DNA from: Acidobacteriota bacterium
GTDB lineage: Bacteria; Acidobacteriota; CAIWXX01
Assembly: GCA_040755995.1 (NCBI GenBank)
Contig: JBFMAF010000038.1
Coordinates: 12,352-76,351, forward strand
Length of the DNA stretch: 64,000 nucleotides
Reading direction: 5' to 3'
Shown piece after piece: positions 10,258 through 19,547 of this stretch; the first letter of the stretch is position 1; every line of letters begins with the position of its first letter. The position numbers and the translations under genes were made by a program. The notes under the pieces were generated by a model, which made no database searches, was not told the DNA's origin, and saw only the letters and a list, made by a program, of their open reading frames with translations.

Positions 10258-11210
10258 TCACACAGCATGCGGCCGGGCACGTCTACGGTCCCGTCTCTTC
10301 ACGACGTCTGGGCAGATCCCTTGGCGTGGACCTGGTCCCCTTCAAGACCTGCACGTATGATTGTGTCTACTGCCAGTTGGGCCGCACCACAGACAAGACG
10401 ACGGTTCGTACCGAATACGTGCCGGCCGATATGGTGTTCGATGAGCTGCAGGCAAAATTGGCGACCACGAAGGCTGTCGACCATGTGACAATCGCCGGTT
10501 CCGGCGAGCCGACATTGAACTCCCGGGTGGGCGATCTCGTCACAAGGATCAAGGCCCTCACGAGCATCCCGCTGGCCGTCCTGACAAACGGATCGCTCCT
10601 GTGGATCCGCGACGTGCAAGACGCACTCATGGACGCAGACCTGGTCCTCCCCTCGCTCGACGCCGGCGACGAGAACCTCTTCAGGTACGTGAACCGACCG
10701 CACAGCGACATTCGCTTCGCGACGATGGTCGATGGCCTCGTGCAATTCAGGGAGCGCTTCTCCGGACGTCTCTGGCTCGAGGTGTTCCTGCTCGGAGGGG
10801 TCACGGGAATCCGCCCGGAGGTCGAGAGGATCGCGGCGCTTGTGCAGCGGATTCGACCTGAGCGAGTCCAGCTCAACTCCGTCTCTCGGCCTCCATGCGA
10901 GGATTTCGCCTTCCCCGTGCCTGCAAGACAGATGGAGGGGTTCGCAGATCTGTTCGAAGTAGGTGCTGAAGTCGTCTGCGTCGAAAGAGGCGAAGGGGAA
11001 GGTGAGATTGTGGAGGCGAGTTCGGTGACCGACGAGGCGATCCTGGCCCTGCTGAAGAGACGGCCGTGCACCGCCAGAGGGGTCGCTAGGGGGCTCGGCA
11101 TCCATCTCAGCGATGCGACCAAACGATTGCACCGGCTGGCGCAGCAGACCGAGGTCAGACTGCTCCGCAGGCACAGGAGACTCTTCTACTGGGTCGACAA
11201 CACACCATGA
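10254..11210 (+). CDS. radical SAM protein (COG0731-like)
   Basis: YGPVSSRRLGRSLGVDL...CTYDCVYCQLG, GSGEPTL. Confidence 0.9.
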   Translation: MITQHAAGHVYGPVSSRRLGRSLGVDLVPFKTCTYDCVYCQLGRTTDKTTVRTEYVPADMVFDELQAKLATTKAVDHVTIAGSGEPTLNSRVGDLVTRIKALTSIPLAVLTNGSLLWIRDVQDALMDADLVLPSLDAGDENLFRYVNRPHSDIRFATMVDGLVQFRERFSGRLWLEVFLLGGVTGIRPEVERIAALVQRIRPERVQLNSVSRPPCEDFAFPVPARQMEGFADLFEVGAEVVCVERGEGEGEIVEASSVTDEAILALLKRRPCTARGVARGLGIHLSDATKRLHRLAQQTEVRLLRRHRRLFYWVDNTP

Positions 11211-12139
11211 CCAGAGAGCTTGTCGTCGTGAGCGGCAAAGGCGGAACAGGGAAGACGAGCCTCGCCGCGTCCTTCGCGGCCCTGGCGCGCCGTCCGGTGA
11301 TCGCGGACTGCGATGTCGATGCGGCGGACCTGCATCTGGTTCTGACACCGCGAGTCGTCGAACGGCACGAGTTCTGGAGCGGCCACGAGGCCGTGGTCCG
11401 AACGGCGGACTGCACACTCTGCGGTGCCTGTCTCGGGGACTGCGGCTATGGAGCGATCAGGATGGAAAACCAGCAGGACGGCAGGGCGACCTTCTCGGTG
11501 GATCCTCTGTCGTGCGAGGGGTGCGGTGTCTGCGTGCGATTCTGCCCGGCACAGGCGATGGATTTCCGCGAGAGATTGTGCGGCGAGTGGATGGTGTCGG
11601 AAACCCGCTGCGGACCGATGGTCCACGCACAGTTGGGGATCGCCGCCGAGAACTCCGGCAAGCTCGTCTCGACCGTCCGGCGCGCGGCGCGCCGCATCGC
11701 CGAGGACAACGGTCATCCCCTGGTCATCGTCGATGGGCCGCCGGGGATCGGATGCCCGGTCATTGCGTCGATCACCGGCGCGGATGCCGTGCTGGTGGTC
11801 ACCGAGCCCACACGGTCCGGAGAACACGATCTTCGACGAGTAATCGAGCTGTCTCGTCACTTTCAGATCCCCTCGTGGGTGTGCGTGAACAAGAGCGACA
11901 TCAATCCTGAGCTGACGGTGCGAATCGAGGCGGAGGCACGGAGCATGGGATGTGAGGTCGCCGGGCGGATTCCCTGGGATCCGTCCGTCACCGGCGCCCA
12001 GCTCGCAGGCGCCTCCGTGGTCGAGTACGGCAACGGACCCGCCGCCAGCGGCATCCGGAGCATCTGGGAGAGGCTGGAGCATGTCGTTCTGCTCGGAGCC
12101 CCTGGTGAAAGGAAACTCGCTGCGGCGGCGGAATCTTGA
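11207..12139 (+). CDS. second COG1149-like P-loop ATPase with ferredoxin insert
   Basis: SGKGGTGKTS, DCDVDAADL, CTLCGAC, CEGCGVC, AENSGKLV, DGPPGIGCP. Confidence 0.9.
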   Translation: MTRELVVVSGKGGTGKTSLAASFAALARRPVIADCDVDAADLHLVLTPRVVERHEFWSGHEAVVRTADCTLCGACLGDCGYGAIRMENQQDGRATFSVDPLSCEGCGVCVRFCPAQAMDFRERLCGEWMVSETRCGPMVHAQLGIAAENSGKLVSTVRRAARRIAEDNGHPLVIVDGPPGIGCPVIASITGADAVLVVTEPTRSGEHDLRRVIELSRHFQIPSWVCVNKSDINPELTVRIEAEARSMGCEVAGRIPWDPSVTGAQLAGASVVEYGNGPAASGIRSIWERLEHVVLLGAPGERKLAAAAES

Positions 12140-12155
12140 TGCCGTCGAGGAGGAT

Positions 12156-13310
12156 GTGCGACGCTGCCTTCACCGGGACCTGCGCCATTTCTGGTTCATC
12201 TGCTCGGAGCTGAACAACCTCGGCCGCGAATTCGCCCTCGTCCTGGCGGAGCGGATGCTGCGGATGAACGAGCAACGCGGCTCCGACCGGTTCACGTGGA
12301 AGTCGTACATGTTGCCGCGCTCGTTCTCGCAGAGCGATTTCGATCTCCTCTACAGATCGGGGTTCGTCACGACGTGGAATCCGGTCGAGTCGTTCGATGA
12401 CGCCCAGCTCGCCCTGTCGCGCTCGCCCTACAGCGCGCGCGACGCGTCGCTCTTCCTGGGGCGCGACTTTCGCGCGAGAAGGAAGCACGGTCGCTTGCCG
12501 CCATTGCCTGTGTCTATCTTCCTGGGCGACCAGCACCTGACCCCGGAGTCGCTCTCGCGTTGCGTCCAGCGCTTCAACCGCGAGCGCCTCTGGAGAGTCT
12601 GCGGCGGCGCAGTGGCAGTCCACGCCCTTCGCGTCTGGGACTTCGAATCCCAGGGCGTACCGGAAGGGGAGGCGGTCACGTTCGCTCCCGAGGGGACTGG
12701 ACGCCTCGATCTCGCCCACCCAACGTATCACTTTCCGGCGGAACTGCTGCGCGACTTCGGCAGCCGCGAGGCCGTGATGGTCCTCCACGATCGTCTCCTC
12801 TCGACGTTCTTCTCGCATGGGCACCGGAATCGGCCGGAGTGGTGCCGGTTCCTGGCTCGACACGCATCGCCCACCACACTGCATCGGGAATTGCTGCGCA
12901 TCGGAAGCGAGGCCGTGCTCAAGGATCCTTCCGTCGAAACGCTTCGCGATCTCATGACGCCGTCACGCGACAACGAGGCGAGCTGCGAGGCCGTGGCAGA
13001 GCGCCTGCTCGGACTGCTCCGGCGGGCGTATCGACGGGACCTCGAGCGGATCTACCGGTTCCTGGAGATTCCCTCCGACCGGCGGGGGAGGATTGCGATC
13101 GACGAGTACGACCTGCACGAAATTCTTTATCGGAAGTTCGAGACCACGGAAGGGCTCCTAGCCGCCGTGAAACGGCGGTTCCGCCAGCGAACCGGCTCGA
13201 CGCTCCTCCTGCTGTTTCGTTCAGAGCTCCATCGCCGAAACGTCCTGCTGGACCCGCTGCACAGGAAATGGATCTTCCGGCATCTCGACCGACCAGGTTC
13301 ATCGATATGA
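12156..13310 (+). CDS. hypothetical protein, start uncertain (possibly 5'-truncated), coupled to the racemase
   Basis: Long open frame with protein-like composition; ATGA overlap with the next gene; no family recognised. Confidence 0.6.
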   Translation: MRRCLHRDLRHFWFICSELNNLGREFALVLAERMLRMNEQRGSDRFTWKSYMLPRSFSQSDFDLLYRSGFVTTWNPVESFDDAQLALSRSPYSARDASLFLGRDFRARRKHGRLPPLPVSIFLGDQHLTPESLSRCVQRFNRERLWRVCGGAVAVHALRVWDFESQGVPEGEAVTFAPEGTGRLDLAHPTYHFPAELLRDFGSREAVMVLHDRLLSTFFSHGHRNRPEWCRFLARHASPTTLHRELLRIGSEAVLKDPSVETLRDLMTPSRDNEASCEAVAERLLGLLRRAYRRDLERIYRFLEIPSDRRGRIAIDEYDLHEILYRKFETTEGLLAAVKRRFRQRTGSTLLLLFRSELHRRNVLLDPLHRKWIFRHLDRPGSSI

Positions 13311-13993
13311 CGACACACGCCATCATCGGAGGAATGGGGCCGCTCGCCTCGGCCGCGTTCCTACAAACCATCTACGAAAATCACGGCTGGGATCGCGAGC
13401 AGGAGCTGCCGGATATCCTGCTCCATTCGCTTTCCTCGGTCCCCGACCGCACTTCCACCTTGCTGTCCGGGCGGGACGATCTCCTCCTCGAACGCCTGCG
13501 GTGCGCGCTGCGGCAGGTCAACCTGCTTGATCCCGCATCGATCGTGATCTGCTGCGTGACGTCTCATCATCTCCTCGACCGCCTGCCGGAGGAGATTCTG
13601 CCGAAGATCATCTCGCTCACCGACACGGCGCTGAAGACCGTTGCGGCGAAAGGCGAGCGCGCACTTCTCCTGGCCACCCGCGCCACCTATGAGCTGCGCG
13701 TCTTCGAACGGAGCCGGCACTACGCGGCGGCCGCGCCGCTGATCGTGACACCCGAGCCGGCGGATCAGGAGCGCGTGCACGCGATGATCTATGACGATCT
13801 CAAGAAAGGCCGGCGGATCGCAGAAACAGCCGACGCACTTGCGGCCATGACCGCGCGGTACGGAGTCGGCGCGTTCATCGCCGGCTGCACCGAATTCCAT
13901 CTGGTGACGCGTCATCTCCGGAAGAACCGCGTGGCGACGCCTTCCTTTATCGATCCGCTGATGACGATCGCTGACAAGGAGATGAGGGCATGA
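13307..13993 (+). CDS. aspartate/glutamate racemase family protein
   Basis: GGMGPLAS, PDRT, ICCVTSH, AGCTEFH (two catalytic Cys). Confidence 0.9.
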   Translation: MTTHAIIGGMGPLASAAFLQTIYENHGWDREQELPDILLHSLSSVPDRTSTLLSGRDDLLLERLRCALRQVNLLDPASIVICCVTSHHLLDRLPEEILPKIISLTDTALKTVAAKGERALLLATRATYELRVFERSRHYAAAAPLIVTPEPADQERVHAMIYDDLKKGRRIAETADALAAMTARYGVGAFIAGCTEFHLVTRHLRKNRVATPSFIDPLMTIADKEMRA

Positions 13994-15846
13994 GTCCGGC
14001 TTACTCGAACGCCACTCTGCGGGAGAGGATCGTCGAGCTCGTCGGGGACGTCTCGGGGCTCAGTCCCTCCTCGATCGATCCAAACGCCAACTTCTTCAGC
14101 CTCGGACTGAACTCCCTGATGTTCATGCAAATCCGGGACCGGATCGAGAGGGAGCTCGGCGTCGAGCTTGCGGTGAGCCAGTTCACTAACGATGTCTCAA
14201 CGCTGGTGAAGCTGACCGGATACCTGGAGGAGCGGCTCGCACTCGTTCCTTCCTCCGAATCTCAGCCGCCGCCAGTTCCGGATCGCTCCGATCAGACCGG
14301 ACGGACTGGGGAGACTTCCCTCGACCTTTCATCACTCTCGGGGCTCGATACGCTCTTTCGCCGCCAGCTCGATGTACTGGAGCGGCAGAACGAGATCCTG
14401 CTCTCCGCCTTCCTCAACGGCGGCGGTGCGGCCCCCGCTCCGTCCCGCCCCGCGCCGGCTCCCCCCGGGAAGGCCTACGTTCCCTTCAAGGCGATCGTGA
14501 CGTCGCGTTCCTCCGGCGTTGCCCAGGAGCATGTCGAAGCACTCGCGCGGCTCCTGGGCGAGAAGTGCAAGTCGACGAAGGACCTTACCCAGAAGCATCG
14601 TCGCGTCTTCGGCAATAATCGCGCCATCGCCGGGTTCCGGCCAGATTGGAAGGAGATGGTCTATCCGCTCATCGCCGCCCGTGCGGACGGCTCGCGGATC
14701 TGGGATCCTGACGGGAACGAATACATCGACCTCACTATGGGCTTCGGCGTGGCGCTCTTCGGCCACAACCCCGCGTTCGTGATGGAGGCGATCCGGGCGG
14801 AGCTCGCAAACGGCATGCCACTCGGCCCGCTCTCGCCGCTGGCGGGGGAGGTTGCGGAGCTCATCGCCGAGCTTACCGGAGTCGAGCGCGTGGCCTTCTT
14901 CAACTCGGGTACCGAGGCCGTGATGGTGGCACTCAGGCTCGCCCGGACTGTGACTGGCCGCGCCAGGGTCGCGATCTTCTCGGGTTCCTTTCATGGAAGC
15001 TTCGACGGCATACTTGCGATCCGCGGCGCGGGCGGCAGGACGCTGCCCATGCTGCCGGGCAGTCCCGCGGGCATCGTCGCCGATGTCATCGTTCTCGACT
15101 ACGACGATCCGGCCTCGCTGGATTACGTGGCGGCGCACGGCGGGGAGCTGGCAGCGGTCCTCGTCGAACCGGTGCAGAGCCGTCATGTCGAGATCCAGCC
15201 GCGCGACTTCCTGCACCGGCTCAGGGAGCTGACCGCCGCGTCCGGAACCGCGCTGATCTTCGACGAGGTCATCACTGGCTTCCGGATCCATCCGGGCGGC
15301 GCGCAGGCCAGGTTCGACGTGCGCGCTGACATCGTAACCTACGGCAAGATCATCGGCGGCGGGCTTCCGATTGGGATCGTGGCCGGTCGCGCCGAATTCA
15401 TCGACGCGGTGGACGGAGGGATGTGGCAATACGGCGACGAATCCTATCCCGCGAAGAAGAACACCTTCGTGTCTGGGACCTTCTGCCACCATCCCCTCGC
15501 GATGGCCGCCGCGCGCGCCGTGCTTCTTCACCTCAGGAGAGAGGGCCCGAAGCTCCAGGAGGACCTGAATCAGCGCACCGCGGCGTTCGTGACCCGCATG
15601 GCCGATCTGTTCAGGGACAGGAGCTGGCCGATCCGCATCGCCTGCTTCGGCTCGCTCTTCAGGATGGATCTCATGCCGGATCACGAGCTCCTCTACTACC
15701 ACCTGCTTGACAAGGGCGTCTATGTCTGGGAGGGCCGCAACTGCTTCCTCTCGACCGCGCATTCAGACGGCGACATCGAAGCGATCGAAACGGCGATCCG
15801 CGCATCCGCGGAGGCCATCGAGCGGGCCGGGCTCTTCCACCACTGA
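13990..15846 (+). CDS. stand-alone carrier protein (ACP) plus class-III aminotransferase of the PKS/NRPS-embedded type
   Basis: NFFSLGLNSL phosphopantetheine site; YIDLTMGFG, NSGTEAVM, LVEPVQS, FDEVITGFR, TYGKIIGGG, GTFCHHP, EGRNCFLSTAH. Confidence 0.9.
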   Translation: MSPAYSNATLRERIVELVGDVSGLSPSSIDPNANFFSLGLNSLMFMQIRDRIERELGVELAVSQFTNDVSTLVKLTGYLEERLALVPSSESQPPPVPDRSDQTGRTGETSLDLSSLSGLDTLFRRQLDVLERQNEILLSAFLNGGGAAPAPSRPAPAPPGKAYVPFKAIVTSRSSGVAQEHVEALARLLGEKCKSTKDLTQKHRRVFGNNRAIAGFRPDWKEMVYPLIAARADGSRIWDPDGNEYIDLTMGFGVALFGHNPAFVMEAIRAELANGMPLGPLSPLAGEVAELIAELTGVERVAFFNSGTEAVMVALRLARTVTGRARVAIFSGSFHGSFDGILAIRGAGGRTLPMLPGSPAGIVADVIVLDYDDPASLDYVAAHGGELAAVLVEPVQSRHVEIQPRDFLHRLRELTAASGTALIFDEVITGFRIHPGGAQARFDVRADIVTYGKIIGGGLPIGIVAGRAEFIDAVDGGMWQYGDESYPAKKNTFVSGTFCHHPLAMAAARAVLLHLRREGPKLQEDLNQRTAAFVTRMADLFRDRSWPIRIACFGSLFRMDLMPDHELLYYHLLDKGVYVWEGRNCFLSTAHSDGDIEAIETAIRASAEAIERAGLFHH

Positions 15847-15948
15847 GAGCTACCGAGGCCACGCCCTCCACGTCAACGCCCGTTTCCGTCGTCAACAACG
15901 GTTGACATCCTGAAGGGCCGGCCCGTTCCAAGGTTCCAAGACCAAGGC

Positions 15949-15977
15949 TTGACGTCCGAGGCGATTTGTCCTAGATT
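15949..15977 (+). promoter_or_regulatory. sigma70-type promoter
   Basis: TTGACG-17 nt-TAGATT, 63 bp upstream of the exporter. Confidence 0.5.
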
Positions 15978-16040
15978 CGTCAAATGTTCACGACCGAAAT
16001 CGAAGTCATTGGATTATTCTAGCGCTGGCGTGGCCGTCCA

Positions 16041-17687
16041 TTGAGAGCCCTCGGACCGATCTCGCGACTTTATCAATTCGTGGTGAAGGAGTCGCCGGAG
16101 TCTTGGAAACTCGTTCTCTACATGGCGCTCCTATCCGGAATCGCCAATGGGGTGCTTCTGGGCGTCATCAATGCCGGAGCATTGGCGGCCTCCTCGGACT
16201 CGACGAGCTTGCGCCTGCTGCTGCTTTTCGCCATTGCAATGACGGTCTTCGTGATGGCGAAGAAGATGGCTCTCGTCCGCTCCACAATCACCGTCGAGCG
16301 GCTGGTGAAGCGGCTTCGGATAAGGGTCTCTGACAAGATCCGGAAGTGCAAGTACGTCCTGTTGGAATCGCTCGGTCGCGGAGATCTCTATACGAAGATC
16401 TCGCAGGACACCAACTTCATCTCCCAGGCCTCCCACGTCATCATCAACGCTGCTCAAGAGGCGGTCGTCGTGGTGTTCTGCCTGGTGTACATTGCCACAC
16501 TATCGTTTGCGGCCTGCTTCGTCACAGTCATCTCCATCTTGCTCGCTGTCTACATCTATTACTACCATCAGAGGGCGCTCCTGGCTGACCTCAAGGAGTG
16601 GACGAGACGTGAAGCCGTCATGTTGGATTCGCTGGGGCACCTCGTCGACGGATTCAAAGAGGTCAAGGTTAACCGGAAGCGGAGCGACTCCTTGTTCGAC
16701 TCGATCAAGTTCATCGCTGCGGATGCTGAGACCCTGAGGAGCAAGACCGGCATTCGGTTCGTGACCGATGTCATGTTCGCCCAGGTGTTCTTCTACCTCC
16801 TGATCGCCACGATCATCTTTCTTCTGCCTCGACTCGTGCCGACTTACGCCGATGTGGTGATCAGGACGACTGCGGCGATCCTCTTCATCATCGGTCCGCT
16901 GGAGGCGGTGGTGAGCGCCGCCCCGATCCTTTCGCGAGCGAACGTTGCCCTCGATAACCTGTACAAGCTCGAGGATCTTCTCGACACGGCCCAGGAAGAT
17001 GGGGAACCGGTGATGGCGGAGGGCTTTTCGGGATTCCGGGAGATTCACGTCCGAAGCCTCGTTTTCAGCTATCTCGATCCGGCCGGCGTGCCCACGTTCA
17101 CGATCGGGCCGATCACGTTTTCTCTCCCTCGCGGCCAGATGCTGTTCATTGTCGGAGGGAATGGGACGGGCAAGTCGACCTTTCTCAAGCTGCTCACCGG
17201 TCTCTATTATCCGAGGCAGGGGCTGATCAGAGTCGACGATCAGGAGATCCACCCGGGCAACCTGGCGGCCTATCGGGATCTCTTCTCGCCCATTTACTCG
17301 GACTTTCATCTCTTCGACCGTCTCTATGGATTGGAAGATATCGAAGAGAGCAAGGTCACGGCGTTGCTCAGCGAGATGGAACTAGAGGGGAAGACGGAGT
17401 ACCTCCATGGCAAGTTCTCGACGCAAAACCTTTCCTCCGGCCAGCGCCGTCGCCTCGCGCTCATCGTCTCGCTCCTCGAAGACAAAGACGTCTACGTCTT
17501 CGATGAGTGGGCCGCGGACCAGGATCAACGTTTCCGGAGGCATTTTTACGAAGTCATCCTGCGGGATCTCAAATCGAGGGGCAAAACGGTCGTCGTCATC
17601 ACCCACGATGATCGGTACTGGAGCACGGCCGATCGACTCATCAAGATGGATTACGGAGAGATGGTCGAACAGGACGGCCTCGGCTAG
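16041..17687 (+). CDS. cyclic peptide export ABC transporter (SyrD/PvdE/YojI family)
   Basis: TM domain with GFKEVK; GGNGTGKST, DFHLFDRLYG, LSSGQRRRL, FDEWAADQD, ITHDDRY. Confidence 0.92.
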   Translation: MRALGPISRLYQFVVKESPESWKLVLYMALLSGIANGVLLGVINAGALAASSDSTSLRLLLLFAIAMTVFVMAKKMALVRSTITVERLVKRLRIRVSDKIRKCKYVLLESLGRGDLYTKISQDTNFISQASHVIINAAQEAVVVVFCLVYIATLSFAACFVTVISILLAVYIYYYHQRALLADLKEWTRREAVMLDSLGHLVDGFKEVKVNRKRSDSLFDSIKFIAADAETLRSKTGIRFVTDVMFAQVFFYLLIATIIFLLPRLVPTYADVVIRTTAAILFIIGPLEAVVSAAPILSRANVALDNLYKLEDLLDTAQEDGEPVMAEGFSGFREIHVRSLVFSYLDPAGVPTFTIGPITFSLPRGQMLFIVGGNGTGKSTFLKLLTGLYYPRQGLIRVDDQEIHPGNLAAYRDLFSPIYSDFHLFDRLYGLEDIEESKVTALLSEMELEGKTEYLHGKFSTQNLSSGQRRRLALIVSLLEDKDVYVFDEWAADQDQRFRRHFYEVILRDLKSRGKTVVVITHDDRYWSTADRLIKMDYGEMVEQDGLG

Positions 17688-17768
17688 CGCGACCACGCCT
17701 CAAACCATCGAGTCGTGGCCTGGCGCTGAGAGTCAAAAGTTGATCGTCGTTAGAGGAGTAACTTCGAA

Positions 17769-18611
17769 ATGAAGTGGAGAGATATTCGCGCCTGGATTGG
17801 CCATAGCCTTCCGTACCTGATCATGACAGCTCTCATCTTGCTCTTCGCCATCGTGTTCTTTGCGCCCCGGATATTCATCGTCGTTCACTCGGGCGAGGCC
17901 GGCGTCTTCTATCGTATGTTCCTCGGCGGCACCGTCACGGACAGGGTGTATGGCGAGGGGCTCCACATCATATTCCCCTGGAATAAGATGTACGTGTACA
18001 ACGTCCGGCTGCAGGAACGGGGCGATGAGCTCGATGTTCTGACCAAGAACGGTCTCCGATTGCACCTCAAACTTTCAATCCGATTCTACCCGGAAAGAGA
18101 CGTGATCGCAGTCCTCCATCAGAGGATCGGCCCTGACTACGTCGACAAGATCATCATCCCCAGCGTGGAATCGATCGTCCGGCAACGAGCGGGCGAGATG
18201 AGTGAGCAGGACGTCTACACGACACAGCACGCCTTCGTCCAGAGCCTCCTCGCGGAATCGTATGCGGATGTCGGCCAGAGCTATCTCAAGATACATGCCG
18301 TGATAGTCCGCGAGGTACGACTGCCGGAGCCGATCCAGAAGGCGATCGAGCAGAAGCTCGAACAGGAGCAGCTGGCGGCCGCGTATGTCTACAGGCTCGA
18401 TCGTGAGTTGCAGGAAGCCAAGCGGAAAGCCATTGAAGCAGACGGCTACAAGATGTACAACGATACCGTCAACTTGTCGTTGACGCCGGCGCTTCTCAAG
18501 TGGAAGGGCATCGAAGCCACCAAGGAGCTCGCTCAATCACCCAACACAAAGGTCATTGTCGTGGGGAATGGGGATCAAGGTTTGCCGGTTCTCCTCTCCG
18601 GCGAGAAGTAG
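17769..18611 (+). CDS. prohibitin/SPFH (band 7) family protein
   Basis: N-terminal TM; SGEAGV, GEGLHIIFPWN, IGPDYVDKII, AIEQKL, WKGIEAT..LAQSPNTKVIVVG. Confidence 0.9.
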   Translation: MKWRDIRAWIGHSLPYLIMTALILLFAIVFFAPRIFIVVHSGEAGVFYRMFLGGTVTDRVYGEGLHIIFPWNKMYVYNVRLQERGDELDVLTKNGLRLHLKLSIRFYPERDVIAVLHQRIGPDYVDKIIIPSVESIVRQRAGEMSEQDVYTTQHAFVQSLLAESYADVGQSYLKIHAVIVREVRLPEPIQKAIEQKLEQEQLAAAYVYRLDRELQEAKRKAIEADGYKMYNDTVNLSLTPALLKWKGIEATKELAQSPNTKVIVVGNGDQGLPVLLSGEK

Positions 18612-18625
18612 GCGCCGGGAGCGCG
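18582..18625 (+). repeat. 44-bp inverted repeat, copy 1 (SPFH 3' end plus downstream)
   Basis: ttgccggttctcctctccggcgagaagtaggcgccgggagcgcg matches the reverse complement of 28228-28271 at 43/44. Confidence 0.9.
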
Positions 18626-18720
18626 AACAAGCGCTTCGGTTTCTGGGGTCCTTCTTCGCCTCACTGCTCTTGTCGCCGGTCATCGGAGTCCCGCTTCTGC
18701 TTGCGGCCAGGGGCCCCCAA
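18626..18720 (+). pseudogene. 5'-truncated, frameshifted copy of the 58-aa membrane protein
   Basis: NKRFGFWG / FFASLLLSPVIGVPLLLAA in two frames; homologous to 26793-26969. Confidence 0.7.
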
Positions 18721-18875
18721 TCCGAGCGTGAGCGGATCTCCCGGTCCACGGCCTCCCTTTGCCCCCGAAGTTGTTGCGCACCCGGCGTGAGCAACCGACT
18801 TGACTCTGTCCAGTCTCAGAGAATAGAGTCGAACTTGTCGGTGACTCATAATCCTCAGCCAATGGAGGTAACTCT

Positions 18876-19424
18876 ATGAGGAAGGAAGCAGCAAGACCTG
18901 TGGAGGGGGCCCCGGGGGAACCGAAACCCGAAACGCCAGCCGGGAGCAAGGCAACGGCATCGAGGGAAGCGCAGGCGCAACCGATCATCAACAAGTACAT
19001 GATCGGATCGCTCGTAGCAGGGATCATCCCGGTCCCAATCGTGGACATCGCTGCCGTCACGGGCATCCAATTGAAGATGCTCCACTCGCTGTCGCGGCTC
19101 TACGAGCTCGAATTCAGGGAGAACGCCGGGAAGTTCGTCATCGGATCTCTCGTTGGCGGCATCGGTTCGAGTGCGCTGGCGTGGGGGATGTTCGGCAGCC
19201 TGGTGAAGGCCATTCCCATCATCGGCCCTCTGGCGAGCCGCATGACGATGCCCGTGCTGGCCGGCGCAAGCACCTACGCGCTCGGCAAGGTGTTCGTACA
19301 GCACTTCGAGATGGGAGGGACCTTCCTCAATTTCGACCCGTCGGCTGTTCGCGAACACTACGAGAAGCTCTTCAAGGAAGGGCAGCAGGTCGCCTCCGAG
19401 ATGGCCAAGGAAGCCTCCGCCTAG
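18876..19424 (+). CDS. DUF697/YcjF-like membrane protein, copy A
   Basis: AGIIPVPIVD...QLKML..L...Y, ASTYALGKVFVQHFE.GG. Confidence 0.88.
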   Translation: MRKEAARPVEGAPGEPKPETPAGSKATASREAQAQPIINKYMIGSLVAGIIPVPIVDIAAVTGIQLKMLHSLSRLYELEFRENAGKFVIGSLVGGIGSSALAWGMFGSLVKAIPIIGPLASRMTMPVLAGASTYALGKVFVQHFEMGGTFLNFDPSAVREHYEKLFKEGQQVASEMAKEASA

Positions 19425-19502
19425 CTCACGGTTGACCCGCCGCGGGCCCATTGCCGGGGTCCGCCTTGACCCGAGGGGGTCGCAGTGACTAGGCGGTAAG
19501 AT

Positions 19503-19516
19503 CCTAATCGATTAGG
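19503..19516. promoter_or_regulatory. palindrome CCTAATCGATTAGG, putative operator
   Basis: Perfect 14-bp palindrome; its core recurs at 26051-26062. Confidence 0.5.
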
Positions 19517-19547
19517 GCCATGAGGACTCCCGCCCTCAGCGATCGGG

